From the human T2T-CHM13v2.0 reference genome, Homo sapiens: a DNA stretch of 64,000 nucleotides. Below are positions 25,581 to 39,605 of the stretch, piece after piece. Numbering within the stretch: the stretch's first letter is position 1; each line of letters begins with the position of its first letter. The position numbers were made by a program, and so were the translations under genes. The notes under the pieces are model-generated. The model had not been told where the DNA came from. It was given only the letters and a program-made list of their open reading frames with translations, and ran no database searches. Location: positions 33,792,001 through 33,856,000 of the forward strand of contig CP068257.2 of assembly GCA_009914755.4 (NCBI GenBank), given 5' to 3'.

Positions 25581-27670
25581 ACTTCATTAGTTTTCCCTAG
25601 GAATTTCCTAGTTACTTTTCCACAAATTTTCAGTCCTGGAAGCCCAATTCCTCTTTCCTTTGTCCAGGTACTTTTTCGCAGTTTATTACTCTTTGTTAAA
25701 ATGGTATATAAGCCCCAGAGTCTAACCACTTCTTTGTGTTGTCAACTCCTGTGCACACAAAAATATTAACATCAATAAAATGTATATGCCATTTTCCCTG
25801 TTAATCTGTCTTGTCAGTTTAATTTCTATGCCCCAGTTACTAAACCTAAAATGGTAGAGGGAAAAGTGGTTTTTTCCTCCCCTACACGTGACACAGGGCT
25901 GTAAAATATGTTCAAGTTAATTTAATCTGTTTTAAGGTTTAATGAGACTGGTTTTATTTTAGAGCACAATGAACTTTGGAACTCTTTCCTCTCAGTTGCC
26001 TAGATGCAGGTATGACACATCTGAGAAATTATCCAGGAATTAGCTTTATCACAAGAAGAAAAAGTCAAACACCCGTGATTGTTGCTTTCCCACAAAACAG
26101 GGGTGCATCTTAGAATTTCTGCACCTCTGACTTGGCAGAAGCCTCAGCTTCATGAATAGTTGCAGGAGGTAAGTTGATGCAATGGGATGCTGGGCAGGTC
26201 TCCTAAACCCAAATCTCCCGCCTCCTCATGTTCCCTGTAATTTCCATAATAGAAGACAACAGTTTTCATTTCACAATTATTGATAGCAATCACAAAACAA
26301 TACCTGTGAGAAATGTTATACTAACAATCCCACATTCAGTTTTCAATGGTTAAGAGACATCTTTTCCAGCAAAAGATGTGGATGAGACTGAAAAGGATAT
26401 CACAGATGGAGGAGACAAACACTTAAAATGGGGTTTAGCCATGATGGAAATAAATTTCACCTACTTCTGAGCTTGACAGGTCAACCCTTACTAGGCTTCA
26501 TCCATCGACCCAAAGCAGCTACTCAGATGTTACTTTCCAAGCATTGTTTTTTGGTTTTTTTTTTTTTTTTTTTTTGTGAAAACAAAACAAAACAAAAAAA
26601 CACCTGAGTTCATCATTTATTTCATTTTTTTGGTAAAACAATTCATTTAATTCTTGCCTTCAAAGAGCTTTTCAACTGGAGGAGGATGTAAAGAAAAATG
26701 CATAATTATGTAGAGTAGAAACATAAATACATTCTAGCAATTTACAGTCCTTTAGAGCCTAAAGTTTAGAAATACATACACTTCAACACATATTCCAAAA
26801 ATACTTCTGCAAAGAGGCAGCCCTCTCCTACCAACAGCTACTAAAAGAGTCCACCAAATGTCTAGATATAAAAATACATAATCATACAATTAATGAAAAC
26901 TTATTTTGCATTGTGTAAAATTTCAAGTATCTATCAAGGTTGGTTCTATCATTGGTGTGCTTGAATTGGAGGGTGAGCAAGGCTCCTATGTTGCACCTGG
27001 GAATGCACCTCTTAAATCTGTTAATATGTTATCCTTCTCTTTTTAATTTTCTTAAAATTTGTTTGTTGAAAAACCTAGAGCATATTTTCTACATTTTGCT
27101 TGTTGCTGACTGTATCCCCATGGTGATTCTTGATAGATTTATTTTTCCCTTGTGTTTTCTACAGCCCTAGTAGTGAGATCTAGAGGCTGGCTAAGATTTA
27201 GCTTAGAAGGTTTGAGTGATAGTATATCAGGAGATGTGCTGTGTCCTTCCCATTGCATCCAACTGGAGACACGTAATATCTGGTTCTCTCTCTTTTTGTG
27301 ATATTGGCATTGACCATTGGGAGTAGGTGATGCCAGCTTCATCCAAAGCTTCCCTTCAGCATTTTGTCTAACAGTTTTAGCAGTCATTGATAATCCTTGC
27401 CTAGACTCATTGTTTCATTAGTGGTTACAAAGTGGCGGCATTCTAGCTCCTTCTAATGCCTCCTTTGTTTATAAATTCTTTTGAAAAAGAAAAAATTTAT
27501 CTCCTCAACTATTTTGGTTATCCCAAGGTACAGCGCTTTCTGGAAACTGGGGATAAATGCTTGATTCTTTACCTTTATTTGCCACTTTTCAGAACAATGA
27601 GTTGGTTCCTGGCATCCTATAAGGGGAGTGCAAAGCTTTTAAAATATCACTATAAATGCTTGGATTTTGA

Positions 27671-27945
<275 letters not shown>

Positions 27946-29959
27946 TTGTTCTTTTTAGATCCATCTTTGAATATAGTTTTTTCATCTTTGGCCAGTAGGA
28001 GGCTTTACCTGTTGAGTCCTGTGTGTTTTGAGTCTTTTCCCATTGCCTAAGCTGTCTTTGAAGGCTTCCTTGCTTTCTGGTATGATAAGATGTTACCACC
28101 TCATCTTGAACATTTCTTGCCCCAGGCTGGAATTAACCTTTTTTTTTTTTTTTTTTTCTCAAGGACCCCTGGTTCCTTTCAATAAAAAAGGCATTTGGAT
28201 ACGAAAGCATGGATGCTTGGGAGCTCCTTGTTCTTGGGGGGGTTAATCATTGGTTCTAGACCTTTTCAGTGGACACATCCAGAAAACGTTTTTAAATAGA
28301 AATACATCAGGAGTTTATACCAATATTTACAATTCAAGTTAAGAGCTACAGATTTTTAAATGTAGTGTCTTTGATTTTCTATTTAATTATCTTAAGTCAA
28401 AAAACTTGATTTCTTATGACATAAATATAATTATTTTGTGCTTTTCCTGGTTAATGTAAGAAAAAAATTTTAAGAATCCATACCAACATATTATTAACAA
28501 TATAACTACTGAAGCAATTTAATATTTTGTTGCATTTCTTTTCGTCCTGAGGACATGTCCCACTGCAGATATACAACCAAATAGACAAGAGTGTAAATCA
28601 CTTCAAATAATTCCTTTCTACATGGTTAATACTCCGACTGATTTATTTCATTTTGTTTTTGAATTAAGGGATTTTTTTTGTTTTATAATTTTGTCAAATA
28701 TTTGTATATTTTCAAATGAACAAAACAAAGCAAATTCAGGAAAACCTCGTTTCCAAATCTGTTGCTTTCACTGTTTCCTCCCTCCTCTAATGATTCGCTT
28801 TTATTAATTTGTTGTTTCCTATCCTACTGTCATTGAATGTGTTAAATATTAAATACACACTCACTTTTCTTAGGCAAAAGGTAGCATAATACACATTCTA
28901 ATTTTTGTCTTACTTTTTGCACTTAAGAATATATTCTAAAGATTACCCCTTGGCAGTATATAAGTTAGTCTTTCATCTCTTTTAGTAGCTACATAGTAGT
29001 TCATTGTGTAGATGTAGCATAGTTTATTCAATCAGTCCCCTCCTGATGAATATTTGGGCTACTGCCAGTCTCCTTCCACTGCCACCAGTGCCACAATAAA
29101 TAGGCTTTTGCATTTTTTTTTTTCATATTTGGTAGTCTATCTTTGGGATAGATTCCTAGAAGTGGGATTGTTTGGTTAAAAGATAAATAGAGCTATCATG
29201 TTGCTGAAATCCCTGCCTAGTGGCTGTACCACTTTGCATTTCCACCAACAATACATAAGAATGTGTGTTTTCCCAAGAGAATATTTTCAAATTTCAAAGT
29301 ATTCAATTAGAACACCCACCAAGAAAGATCTTTATTAGGAGAATCAAACTAAAGCTATTGATACTTAAAATACACCTAATAACAACAATTTTTAAAGCTT
29401 TTGACAGGTGCTTTTCATGAATATAGACCTAAGAATTTGACTTAGAAATAAGAGAGACGTTGTACTGAAAAGATAGAAGTAGAGAGAGGAGACCCAGTGG
29501 AAGAGTAGAAAAGTAGAGAGTCATTGGCTTAAAGAGTTGAAAAATAGATCCTTATCTCAGCCCTGCTGTGAGCTAGGTATGTAATCTACACGAAATTGCC
29601 TGCCACTCTGGGTTTCAGTTCCCTCTGATGCATAAGCAGGAGGTGAGGTTTCTTACCTCACCCTGCTGTCAGTTGCCTTCCAGATCTCTCATCTGTGTGC
29701 CTGCATGCAGAAGGCGAAAGGAATGCTACAGGAAGCCATCAGACCAGGGTGGGAAAAACTGGGGGAAGCCCCACTTCCACGTTAGACCAAAATCAAATCA
29801 GAACCCCAGACACTCCCAAGCTGGGTGTTGTTTGCAAAACATTGTTCTCCTGGGACCTGGGACCTGGGACCAAGGTTGGGCAGAGGGTGGAGTCTTCAAC
29901 ATTTACCAAGTTCCTGTTTTAGGCTGGGCATGCTGTAGCTGCCTGGCATTCGTCAACTT

Positions 29960-30110
29960 GCTTTTGTCCCTGTAATCTGTTTTGCAAATAAAGACACATG
30001 GTCTCAGAGAGATTAAGTGGTTTGTCCCAAATCACACAGCTGGCAGCAGAGCTGGGGTTAAAGTCTTCTTATTGCTTTGTACCTGTGAGCCCTACACTGC
30101 TGCAGAAATA
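29960..30110 (+). mobile_element. MIR-like SINE fragment (core region)
   Basis: agagagattaagtggtttgtcccaaatcacacagctggcagcagagctggggttaaagtcttcttattgctttgtacctgtgagccctacac resembles the MIR core (...gaggttaagtgacttgcccaaggtcacacagctagtaag...). Confidence 0.5.
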
Positions 30111-31525
30111 CTACAAAGAATCGGTTCTCTCCTAGACGACAGAGGCCATGTACTGAACACAATTAGTTAAACCCTGTGTAAAACTGGAGCCTTCTGGGCA
30201 TGATAGAGAACTTCCAGCTGTCTTTGAACAAGACAGCTTTGTCCCAAGAAAGCTGTCAAATGACTCACTGCCTGATAAGGAATTAGAAAACCATAAAATA
30301 ATCCTGTCAATCTATTCACTAAAAGCTAGAAGTTCATTTGTTACCAAATTCCTGGCCAAGCAAAAAGGTGTCAAAAGGGAAATTAACACTTAATTGATCC
30401 ATAACTATGCAGAAAGCATTATATTGGGTAATTTACAGATGCTACTTAATTTAATTTTCATAATATTCCAATAAAATAAGAGTCATCTTTCCATTTTACA
30501 GACGAAGCAACTGAAGTTCAGAGAGATAAACTAAATGCTGTAAGTTCTCGCATTTAGTAGTGGTGGGACTATAATTTTACCATGTTTCTTTGTGATTTCA
30601 AAGCCCACTCTCAATTCCCCAAGTTGTATTAAGCCAATGTGACAGGACCGAAGGAGCCCGGCAGTGGACACAGAGCAGGATTTGTTCTTCTCTGGTTTTC
30701 TCGGTAACCAGCTATGTGCACATCACATAAAGACTTCGGAGTTCAGTTAATTTTTGTCAACATCTCTTGTTCCCTTCAGGTCACAGCCCACATTCTTAGC
30801 ATGGCCACTCTGCCCTATGGCCACCGTGGCCTATATGACCTCATCCCTGCCTACCCAATAGAAGTCACTCCCACCTACCACACTCCAGCTCCCCTGGACC
30901 CACTGAGCTCCTTCAGAGCATCACACCATCCCACCTTGGAGGCTTTGGTTACACTGCTCCTTCTGCCTAGCACTCAGTCCTCCTTCTCCCTCTCCCGCTC
31001 CATCCCTTGGGTAATTCTTACCTATCCTTCAAGGATGAGTTTAGCCATGTTTTCCTCAAAGAAGTTTCTGATCATTCAATCACATAAGATCACTCTGCTA
31101 TTTGCCTCCCTAGTATCATAGCCTCCTTTCCCTTTTTTAAATAGCATTTGTTACTTTTAACATGGTTTCTTCATCGTATTTTCTATTTCAAAGTTCATCT
31201 TCCTTGTAAGCTCTATGATGGTGACAAACACACTATCTGTCTCATTCACTGATATTTCCCCAGAGTCACACACAGCACCTGGCTCCATAAACACATGCTC
31301 CCGACTCCGTCCCTCCTGCTTGCCCCTTCCTGTAGCCTGGACAGGAGACTTGGGATTCTTCCAGGAGAGATGCTCTAGAGTGGACAGACTTCATCTATCA
31401 TTGGCATTTTTTAAAAGACTTGATTAGAAACCAAAGTAACAAGTATGATTAAATGATGGAAATGCTAGATGTTAAAAACCAAGGTTAGAACTCCAGGTTG
31501 TGTCTTGTGACCTCAGCTGCCCATG

Positions 31526-31979
31526 AGTTTGGCAAACTGCAAAACCACGCATAGGAAGGGTTATTGCCTCAACTGTTGTTTTGGATCAGTTTAGTCAGAC
31601 ATGCATATGGCAGAATTCTTTTTTTTTTTTTTTTTTTGAGATGGAGTCTCGCTTTGTTGCCCAGGCTGGAGTGCAGTAGTGTGATCTCAGCTCACTGCAA
31701 CCTCTACCTCCAGGTTTCATGCGATTCTGCTACCTAAGCTCCCAAGCAGCTGAGACTGTAGGTGCGTGCCACCATGTCCAGCTAATTTTTGTATTTTTAG
31801 TAGAGATGGGGTTTCACCATGTTGGCCAGGGTGGTCTCAAACTCCCGACCTCAAGTGATCCATCCACCTGGGCCTACCAAAGTACTGGGATTACAGGTGT
31901 AAGCCACTGCGCCCAGCCCAGAAATTTAACATCAGGTGTATGTCATCAATTATAAAGCCCTGAGTATGGAGAATTCATC
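31526..31979. repeat. Copy 1 of a local about 150-bp duplicated segment, split by the Alu at 31619-31918
   Basis: agtttggcaaactgcaaaaccacgcataggaagggttattgcctcaactgttgttttggatcagtttagtcagacatgcatatggcagaattc [Alu] agaaatttaacatcaggtgtatgtcatcaattataaagccctgagtatggagaattcatc. Confidence 0.75.
31619..31918 (-). mobile_element. Alu (antisense) with 19-nt poly-T, inserted into copy 1 of the local duplication
   Basis: tttttttttttttttttttgagatggagtctcgctttgttgcccaggctggagtgcagtagtgtgatctcagctcactgcaacctctacctccagg...caaagtactgggattacaggtgtaagccactgcgcccagcc. Confidence 0.95.
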
Positions 31980-32612
31980 TTTTGCAGAAGGTTCTCCTGT
32001 GGCCAATTTACTAGAAAAATACAAAGAAACCACACCAGGAACCAGGAGGTAACACTATCAGCAACATCTTTGCATTAAGACAATATCTCCATCTAAACAC
32101 ACTCATTTTTATTTTTACTTAACTATAATTTGCTTGATAAAAATGCAAAATAATCTTCCGTGGTAAATTATAAATACTTTCACTCAATATTACAATTAAC
32201 CTATATTCCTGAACCCCAAACCATGGCACACTGTCTAAGTGCCTTGTACACACTATTTTGATAAATTCCCACAGTGACTTTAAGGATGGTACTGGTGTTT
32301 TCCTTGTAGACAGCCAGGAAAGGGAGGAAAAGAGAGATCGAATACTGGTCCCACACAGTATGGGCGGAATCCAAACCCAGGTGGGAAGCTTCTGAGCCCG
32401 CTAGGAATCCTTCCTGTTTGTAAGCTTGCTTTGTATCAAATGATCAAGCACAGACACACTTATCCTAAAATGGGGAGCACATGCCCTGCTTTCTGACTGA
32501 ACTTGAATTCTCAGAAACATTATTTATGGGGGAAAAGTCTTACAAGTAAAGAAGTCAGCTAGCTTCTCAGTCCAAAATCTACCTAGAGAAATCTTTTATT
32601 ATTGTCCAATTA

Positions 32613-32757
32613 AGTTTGGCAAATTGCAAAACCACTCATAGGAAGGGTTACTGCCTAAATTGTTGTTTTGGATCAATGTAATCATACATGCATATGGTCG
32701 AAATTTAACATCAGGTATGTGTCATCAATTATAAGGCCCTGAGTATAGAGAATTCAT
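32613..32757. repeat. Copy 2 of the local duplication, uninterrupted (no Alu)
   Basis: agtttggcaaattgcaaaaccactcataggaagggttactgcctaaattgttgttttggatcaatgtaatcatacatgcatatggtcgaaatttaacatcaggtatgtgtcatcaattataaggccctgagtatagagaattcat, about 90% identical to copy 1. Confidence 0.75.
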
Positions 32758-33279
32758 TGCATTTTTTATTATGACAACATTTACCAAGTTGACCATGTTT
32801 AAGCATTTACCAAGTCAATCATTTAGCATTCTATAGTTCAAAGGTGATGGGTATTACATTTAAAGGAAAGATGACATAGTCAACAATGCCACTAGCATAA
32901 AGCATCTAATTTCTAGGCTCTCCACTTCAGCTCTCCTCTGTTAAGGCTGGAAGTAACTGCCATGATCTCACCACTAGGAGGGAAAAAGAGAAATCTACCC
33001 ATCTATGATAGTGAAGAGAAAGCTCAAAGCAAGTGGACCTATGGCGCTGTGCTCAGACTTGAGCAGACATCAGAATCCCATGGAGGGCTTGTAAAGATCC
33101 AGATTGCAGGCCCACCCCTAGAAGTGGATCTGAGGTGGGGGGGCCCATGATTTTGCATTTCTAGCAAGTTCTCAGGTGATGCTGACACTGCTGGTGCAGG
33201 GACCACACTTGAGAACCACCCACCCATGACACTGGTGCACAATGTTTCAAACTCATGCCAACAGCAGACAGGATGCATC

Positions 33280-33712
33280 TACCCACATCTATACCTGGCA
33301 CACCTGCACCACACAGGAACACCACATATCTGCACAAGGTATCACAGGCATACCCGTCACACACATGCACACACTTTTTTGCATGTGTATGCCAGAAACA
33401 CACTATACATCTGCACCACTCATAGGTAATACAAACTGGCATCACGCACACAAACACCACATGCCTACATTACACACTGTCGTGCACACACAGCTGTACC
33501 ACACGTCTATAACTCACATCATACACATTCACCTCGTATGCAGACAGGCACTCACATATACACTGCACATAAACAGTGCATACCTATACCACACACTCCT
33601 CACACCTGCTCCACACACTCACATGCATGCATACCCTCAACCTACACATCATATGTGCTGTTCATCTGCACCACACGTGCCCCACAGCTACACACACTCA
33701 CCCAACTGCAGA
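33280..33712. repeat. CA-rich degenerate low-complexity array (cac/cat/acac motifs; recurring ...atctgcaccac...)
   Basis: cacctgcaccacacaggaacaccacatatctgcacaaggtatcacaggcatacccgtcacacacatgcacacac...catctgcaccactcataggtaatac...ttcatctgcaccacacgtgccccacagctacacacactcacc. It generates the spurious 243-aa His/Thr/Cys-rich ORF at 33242-33973. Confidence 0.8.
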
Positions 33713-34061
33713 TTCCGAGCTACCTGCTGCTATCACCTTGCTCTTGAGACATTCCCTCAATCCTTCTCCTCCTTTCCCCCTGCCCTTTGGCCTCATCCTA
33801 TTTTTCCTCATGGGTGGCCCAAATACATTTCCCAAAGTGTCCATCCAAGAAGGCTCCCGCACTGTAGGCATCTCTGTATTTTCTTCCCACCCACATTTGA
33901 CTTAGCTACTCTTTGTGAACCAAGTTCTTTATGTTCAATGTCAGTCCAAATACTTTTGTTTCAACTTAAATAAATGCAGCAAATAGTTACAGATCTTTTT
34001 CTGTGCAAAGCCTTAAACTAAGCATGTTGAGGAGGAAAAGTGATGAATGAGACGACGCTGA

Positions 34062-34084
34062 CATTCATTCATTCATTCATTCAA
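34062..34084. repeat. (CATT)n microsatellite
   Basis: cattcattcattcattcattcat. Confidence 0.9.
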
Positions 34085-35394
34085 TGTATTAGCTAGGTAC
34101 TGGTGAGCCATGGCCAGCATAGGGAGGAGGTACTTGATAAGTTTCTTCCCAGAACTCTTTAGATTCCAGGGAGTGGGCAGCAGGGTCCTCTTCCCTCTTC
34201 TGAGGTGACTTCTGGCCCCTACTACAACTCCAGATGGTTCTCTGAGTATGGAAGAACCATCCACGCCAGCAGACAAAAATTAACATTCTTATAATATTAA
34301 CAATAACACTAGCAGCAAAAAAAAAAAAAAAAAAAAGCCACCTTTTAGTGAGGATAGTATGGATATGTAGGGCATATCTACATACTAAAATATGTAGCAC
34401 TATGCACTACACATCTTAACTGGTAATTATTCCTCCAGATATTATCAATCCATTTTCCAGGTCAGAAAATAGAACTGTGGGATGAATCTTGCAGGTGGAG
34501 AATAGAAGTTTCAATCCAGGTAACTGACATGAGCCAGCGGCTGCTTCCTTTCCATTTCAGCACATGCAGCCCCTTCTCCAAATTCAGACAGAGCTCCCTT
34601 GATTGTGCAGTCTGAGGCAGCATCAATGCAACTCACAGAAATGGTGGACATCTCTGTCTCACCTGCTCCGCGTCTGTTATCAGGGAGAGCAGTGTCATAA
34701 AGTCAAAGGCATTAAAGGTAAAAGCAGGCATTCAAGACAAGAAGATGAAACCACAGTGGGACTTTATTTCTTTTTATAATTTGAAACAAAGCCTTAACTT
34801 AGAGTAAACAGGCTTTGGCAAAGAGGTGACTTCCACCATGCAAACCATGAATTCCATTCTTCTGTTAGGATGGTCTCCCTGTTCTAATGGAGCCACATAC
34901 CTTTGTGTGGCTGGTTACACAGTGGGTATCCAGGTAGTAAGGACTGATTTAATTTCTCCATGATTCAGGCTTGTCCAGACATTTGTCCTCAAGCTGTATT
35001 TGAGGGCAGCAAGGATAAAGAGTCTCTTGGCCAGAAGACGCTCCCTCATTCACCTCCCACTTGCCCTGTCTGCTGACCTCCAAGGAAATTCAGTCCTGCA
35101 GTTAACATCTGTGGTCCCATCAGCTGAGTTGAAGTAAAAGGTACTTAACGCACGCAGCTCGTTTTGCAAGGTTAGAAGGAATCAATAGGAGATGTGTTTA
35201 ATGTGGTATCACTATCAGGGCTCATCACACTTTTAAAACTGAAATATCCACAGTGCTGTATAATCTTAGTCTCGCTGTAAAGAGAATGGGTTTAGTGTGC
35301 TTTAAGATAGATTTCATGCCTATTACAGATGCACACACAAAAAAAATGGGTGAGTGTCCTCAAATTTCACTATTACATATCTTCTTACATATCT

Positions 35395-35537
35395 TTTTCT
35401 TTTCTTTCTTCCCTTTCTCCTTTTCTTCCTTTCAAGCATTCTCTTCTCTCTCTTTTCCCATCTCTCTCTTCTCTCTCTCTCTTTTCCCTTGCTTCCTTCC
35501 CTCCTTTCTCCTCTCTTTCTTTTTCTATCTTTCATTC
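35395..35537. repeat. About 140-bp polypyrimidine (CT-rich, (CTCT)/(CTTT)) tract
   Basis: tttttcttttctttcttccctttctccttttcttcctttcaagcattctcttctctctcttttcccatctctctcttctctctctctcttttcccttgcttccttccctcctttctcctctctttctttttctatctttcattcttccc. ORFs 35253-35614 are artefacts of this tract. Confidence 0.9.
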
Positions 35538-36540
35538 TTCCCTTGAATTTTAGGTGTCTAATTCCCTCCCATGGAAATTTGCCAGAATTTCAGCAAACCA
35601 CCAAAAAGAGCTAGCTAGGTGATTTCTCTTTGAGTTCCCCGGAGCACACAGGTCTTCTGTAAGATTGAGGCTTGGAAACTCTCTCATCAAGGAGAGGAGC
35701 TGATTGGAACCCACAGCCTTATAACAAACCTGACTTTTCCATAAGTTTTTGTGAAATTATTCCGAAAGAGAAGCCTGTCTGAACAGAGCATAATTAAAGA
35801 TAGCACATTGTTCTTTTGCTGAGTAGATTGCAAGGTAAAAAATCCTTGTTGATATTCACACATCATACATAAACACTAGTGGAAAATTAGAAATAGTAAG
35901 GTCAAGAGTGTATTATGTGTTTGTGGGGCAATGGAGGTTCTCTTCAATTTCATAATGACCTATGTAGGGAAATCATGGTCCATAACAAAGGGAAGTGTCA
36001 GAAGAGATGAAAGAAAGCAAACCTTGGTTAAACAGTCCCTATCAGCACTAGCACAAGGCAAAGATATGGATATTCAGCTCTATGAGCATTTGTCTATGGC
36101 ATTCTTAGTACGTAGTTCTGATTTAAGAATAACTCAGCAGTACAGTCTAATGCTATTCCCTCAGATGACTGTTTAGAGAAGTGACTGAACTGCTTGACTT
36201 GGAAACTTACTGATAACTACCACTGGTACAATTTTCAGCCAAAATGGCTAAACTGGGAATTAACTTATATTGGTTTGCTAGAGCTGTCATAACAAGTACC
36301 ACAAACTGGATGACTTCAACAACAGAAATATATATCATTTCTCTCACAGTTCTGGAACTCAGAAGGCCAAGATCAAGGTTGGTAAGGTTGGTTCCTCCCG
36401 ACGGATGTGAGGAAGAATCTGTTCCAGGCCTCCCTCCTAGCTTCTGGAAGCTTCAGGAGCTCTTCAGTTTGTTACATTCTCCCCATGTCTTTACATCACC
36501 TTCTATTTGTGTGAGTCTGTCTCTGTGTCCGAATTTCCTC

Positions 36541-36851
36541 TTTTTTACTAGTTTCTCTTGTTTTGTGAGACAAACTCTCACTCTGTTGCCCAGGCTGGAG
36601 TGCAGTGGTGCGATCTCTGCTCACTGCAACATCTGCCTCCTGGGTTCAAGCACTTATCGTGCCTCAGCCTCCTGAGCAGCTGGGATTACAGGTGTGTGCC
36701 ACCATGCCCAGCTAATTTTGGTATTTTTAGTAGAGATGGGGTTATGCCATGTTGGCCACGCTGGTCTTGAACTCTTGGCCTCAAAGTGGTCCACCCACTT
36801 CGGTCTCCCAAAGTGCTGGGATTACAGGCATGAGCCACTACACCTGGCTCA
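36541..36851 (-). mobile_element. Alu (antisense)
   Basis: tgtgagacaaactctcactctgttgcccaggctggagtgcagtggtgcgatctctgctcactgcaacatctgcctcctgggttcaagc...ctcccaaagtgctgggattacaggcatgagccactacacctggctc. Confidence 0.95.
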
Positions 36852-36983
36852 AACTTGCTGTTTTCTTTATAAGGACACCAGTCTTATTGGATTAGGACTC
36901 ACCCTAATGATGTCATCTTAATTTGATCATCTACAAGGACCCTATTTCCAAATAAGGTCACATTCATAGGTGCTGGGGGTTAG

Positions 36984-37235
<252 letters not shown>

Positions 37236-37866
37236 TAACAACAGGCATTCGTTTTCACATCCACATGTTCATCACTTAATTATTATCCTTACTGAGTTGT
37301 AAATGCATACTGTATGTCACTTTATATATTCACACCAAATTCTCTTTCATATGCCCTAAATGCCTCTGAATAGAGGGGCTTACATGCCAAAAAGGAAATG
37401 AAATTTCACTTATTTTCCCTATTTGACTATCCAGAGAATGAGCCTTTCCCATGGCACAGGACAAAGATGCAACCCATGCCATAAAGGGTTGAGGTCCCAG
37501 CCAATCCAAACAGAAGTGTCCATTGTGGAATGAGGGTACCCATTGTCATAGCCACTGTCCTTCCTCCAGGAATTCACCAAAAGTGAGGATGAGGCCTAAC
37601 TAAGCTAGACTTGGTTATATGAAAGCAGTACTCTGTCTTTCAGGTAAGCGATAAAAACTAGTTCATGACATGGGTAAGCTACACATCAAATTGAGTCTTT
37701 TGGCAATATTACATAAAATCTGACACGACTTATGAGGTTGTCCATCCTGTCTCATTAATATCTAAATTACTAAATTTCTTTTGCTGATTTTCCTCCACAT
37801 GTTTATAACATTAAATATGCAAAAAAGTACTTTTTTACTAATGCCCTTATACCAAGTTCTTCATAA

Positions 37867-38180
<314 letters not shown>

Positions 38181-39329
38181 TAAATATCGTTTCAGTATCA
38201 GTGTCAAAAATTTGGTGAACATATAAGTATCAAATAAGTCTACAAATCCTGTGATTATGGCCCCAGGAAGGAAGTAACAGGTGATTTCCCTTCAGAGAAT
38301 CAGCATTTTGCCACTCCAGGCCACCACTTGAGGAGTAGTATACCTAAAATATCATAGCTAAAGGTTAGGGCTTCCTTAACTTGATTAACCCAATTTAGGG
38401 CCCTACTTGAAGCCACAGCAGATTGTACTCAATCTTACTATTTTATTTTAAAATGAAGAGTGTATGTACAAGGTTCCCAGTTTAATAATTTAATAAGCCC
38501 ACTAAAAAGTGTCTCAGATCTGAGAAACAAGCACTTTTTACATGAAAAAATTCAAAACTAAAGAACAATCACTTTTAAAGCACAAAGGAAGGACAACTGA
38601 AAAAAGGAACTGTGTGTTTGTAAAAGTAAGAATATCTTCCATCACTTGGATTTATAGTATATTTCATTTTTCCTGAATAAACCACATAGACATTAATGTA
38701 CCATTTAAGTTTATTTGCAAATCAAGAACTTAATGGCCCCTTAAAACTGAAGGTAATTCTGATATCTATAATATTCATTCTTTTTTACCTTTGGTGGACA
38801 CTGCAATGAAGCAAATGCACGTGATTATTCTCAGTCTCCTGATGGAGATGGATAAAAAGTACTAGATCCCTATGAATGTTTTTTCACATGATTCTCTATA
38901 TGTAGTATGGCCACTGTCAAAACTTTGGGAAAATTCTGAATTTTGTTATGCTCATATAATCTACATAAAGACAAAGACCAGTTATGTGCCTAACCAAGAG
39001 CACCTCATGGCCTGATACCAGCAGAGTGAAGAATTGCAGCTAGACCATTCATCCTCCTGACTCCAGCCTCACCCCACTTCCACTCACCCTCTGTGTCCTT
39101 TAGTTCTGAGCCACTGAACCCTATAATTCAGCACCTTCCTCTTTCAGGAGGTCATCTCGGCTTTCCTGGTCTGCTTGTGAACATTCTCACATTTACCCAT
39201 TTATTTCTATCCTAGGAACCTCGTTCCCCATGCTCTCTATCCCAGATGGCTCACAGTCTTAATAATGCACCAAAGGTGAGGGCGGAAAAGCTGAGCAATG
39301 GAACATATTGACCTAGGTGCCCCGAGGAA

Positions 39330-39495
39330 CCAGACACTCATGTGACTGGATGAAAACGAAGGCTCTGGAGCATTGGCTTTCTCATCTGTATAATGGATAA
39401 ACTATTTCCAAAACCAAGTTGTGATTGTGAGAGTCCAAGGATCTAGTGAACCTGGTCAGAGTAAGTGCTTAGCAAATGTTAACTATTTTATTATT
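39330..39495 (+). mobile_element. MIR SINE fragment (3' half)
   Basis: ctttctcatctgtataatggataaactatttccaaaaccaagttgtgattgtgagagtccaaggatctagtgaacctggtcagagtaagtgcttagcaaatgttaactattttattattag resembles MIR (...cctcatctgtaaaatggggataataatacctacctcacagggttgttgtgaggattaaatgag...agtaagcgctcaataaatgttagctattatt). Confidence 0.6.
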
Positions 39496-39514
39496 AGTAA
39501 TAATAACTAGTTAT

Positions 39515-39605
39515 TATTGTTAATATTTTACCATCTAGATAGGTATCAATACTTTACCATCTAGATTGTTGGTCAATATTTTACCATCTAGATAGATGTG
39601 ATCTA
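39515..39605. repeat. Three-copy tandem repeat with about 27-30-bp unit (ttttaccatctagatag...)
   Basis: aatattttaccatctagataggtatcaatac / tttaccatctagattgttggtcaatat / tttaccatctagatagatgtgatc. Confidence 0.65.

Noticed and set aside
33242-33973. 243-aa ORF, the longest in the window
   Set aside because: The translation is His/Thr/Cys/Pro low-complexity read straight through the CA-rich degenerate array. It has no start context, no domain-like composition and no partner exons.
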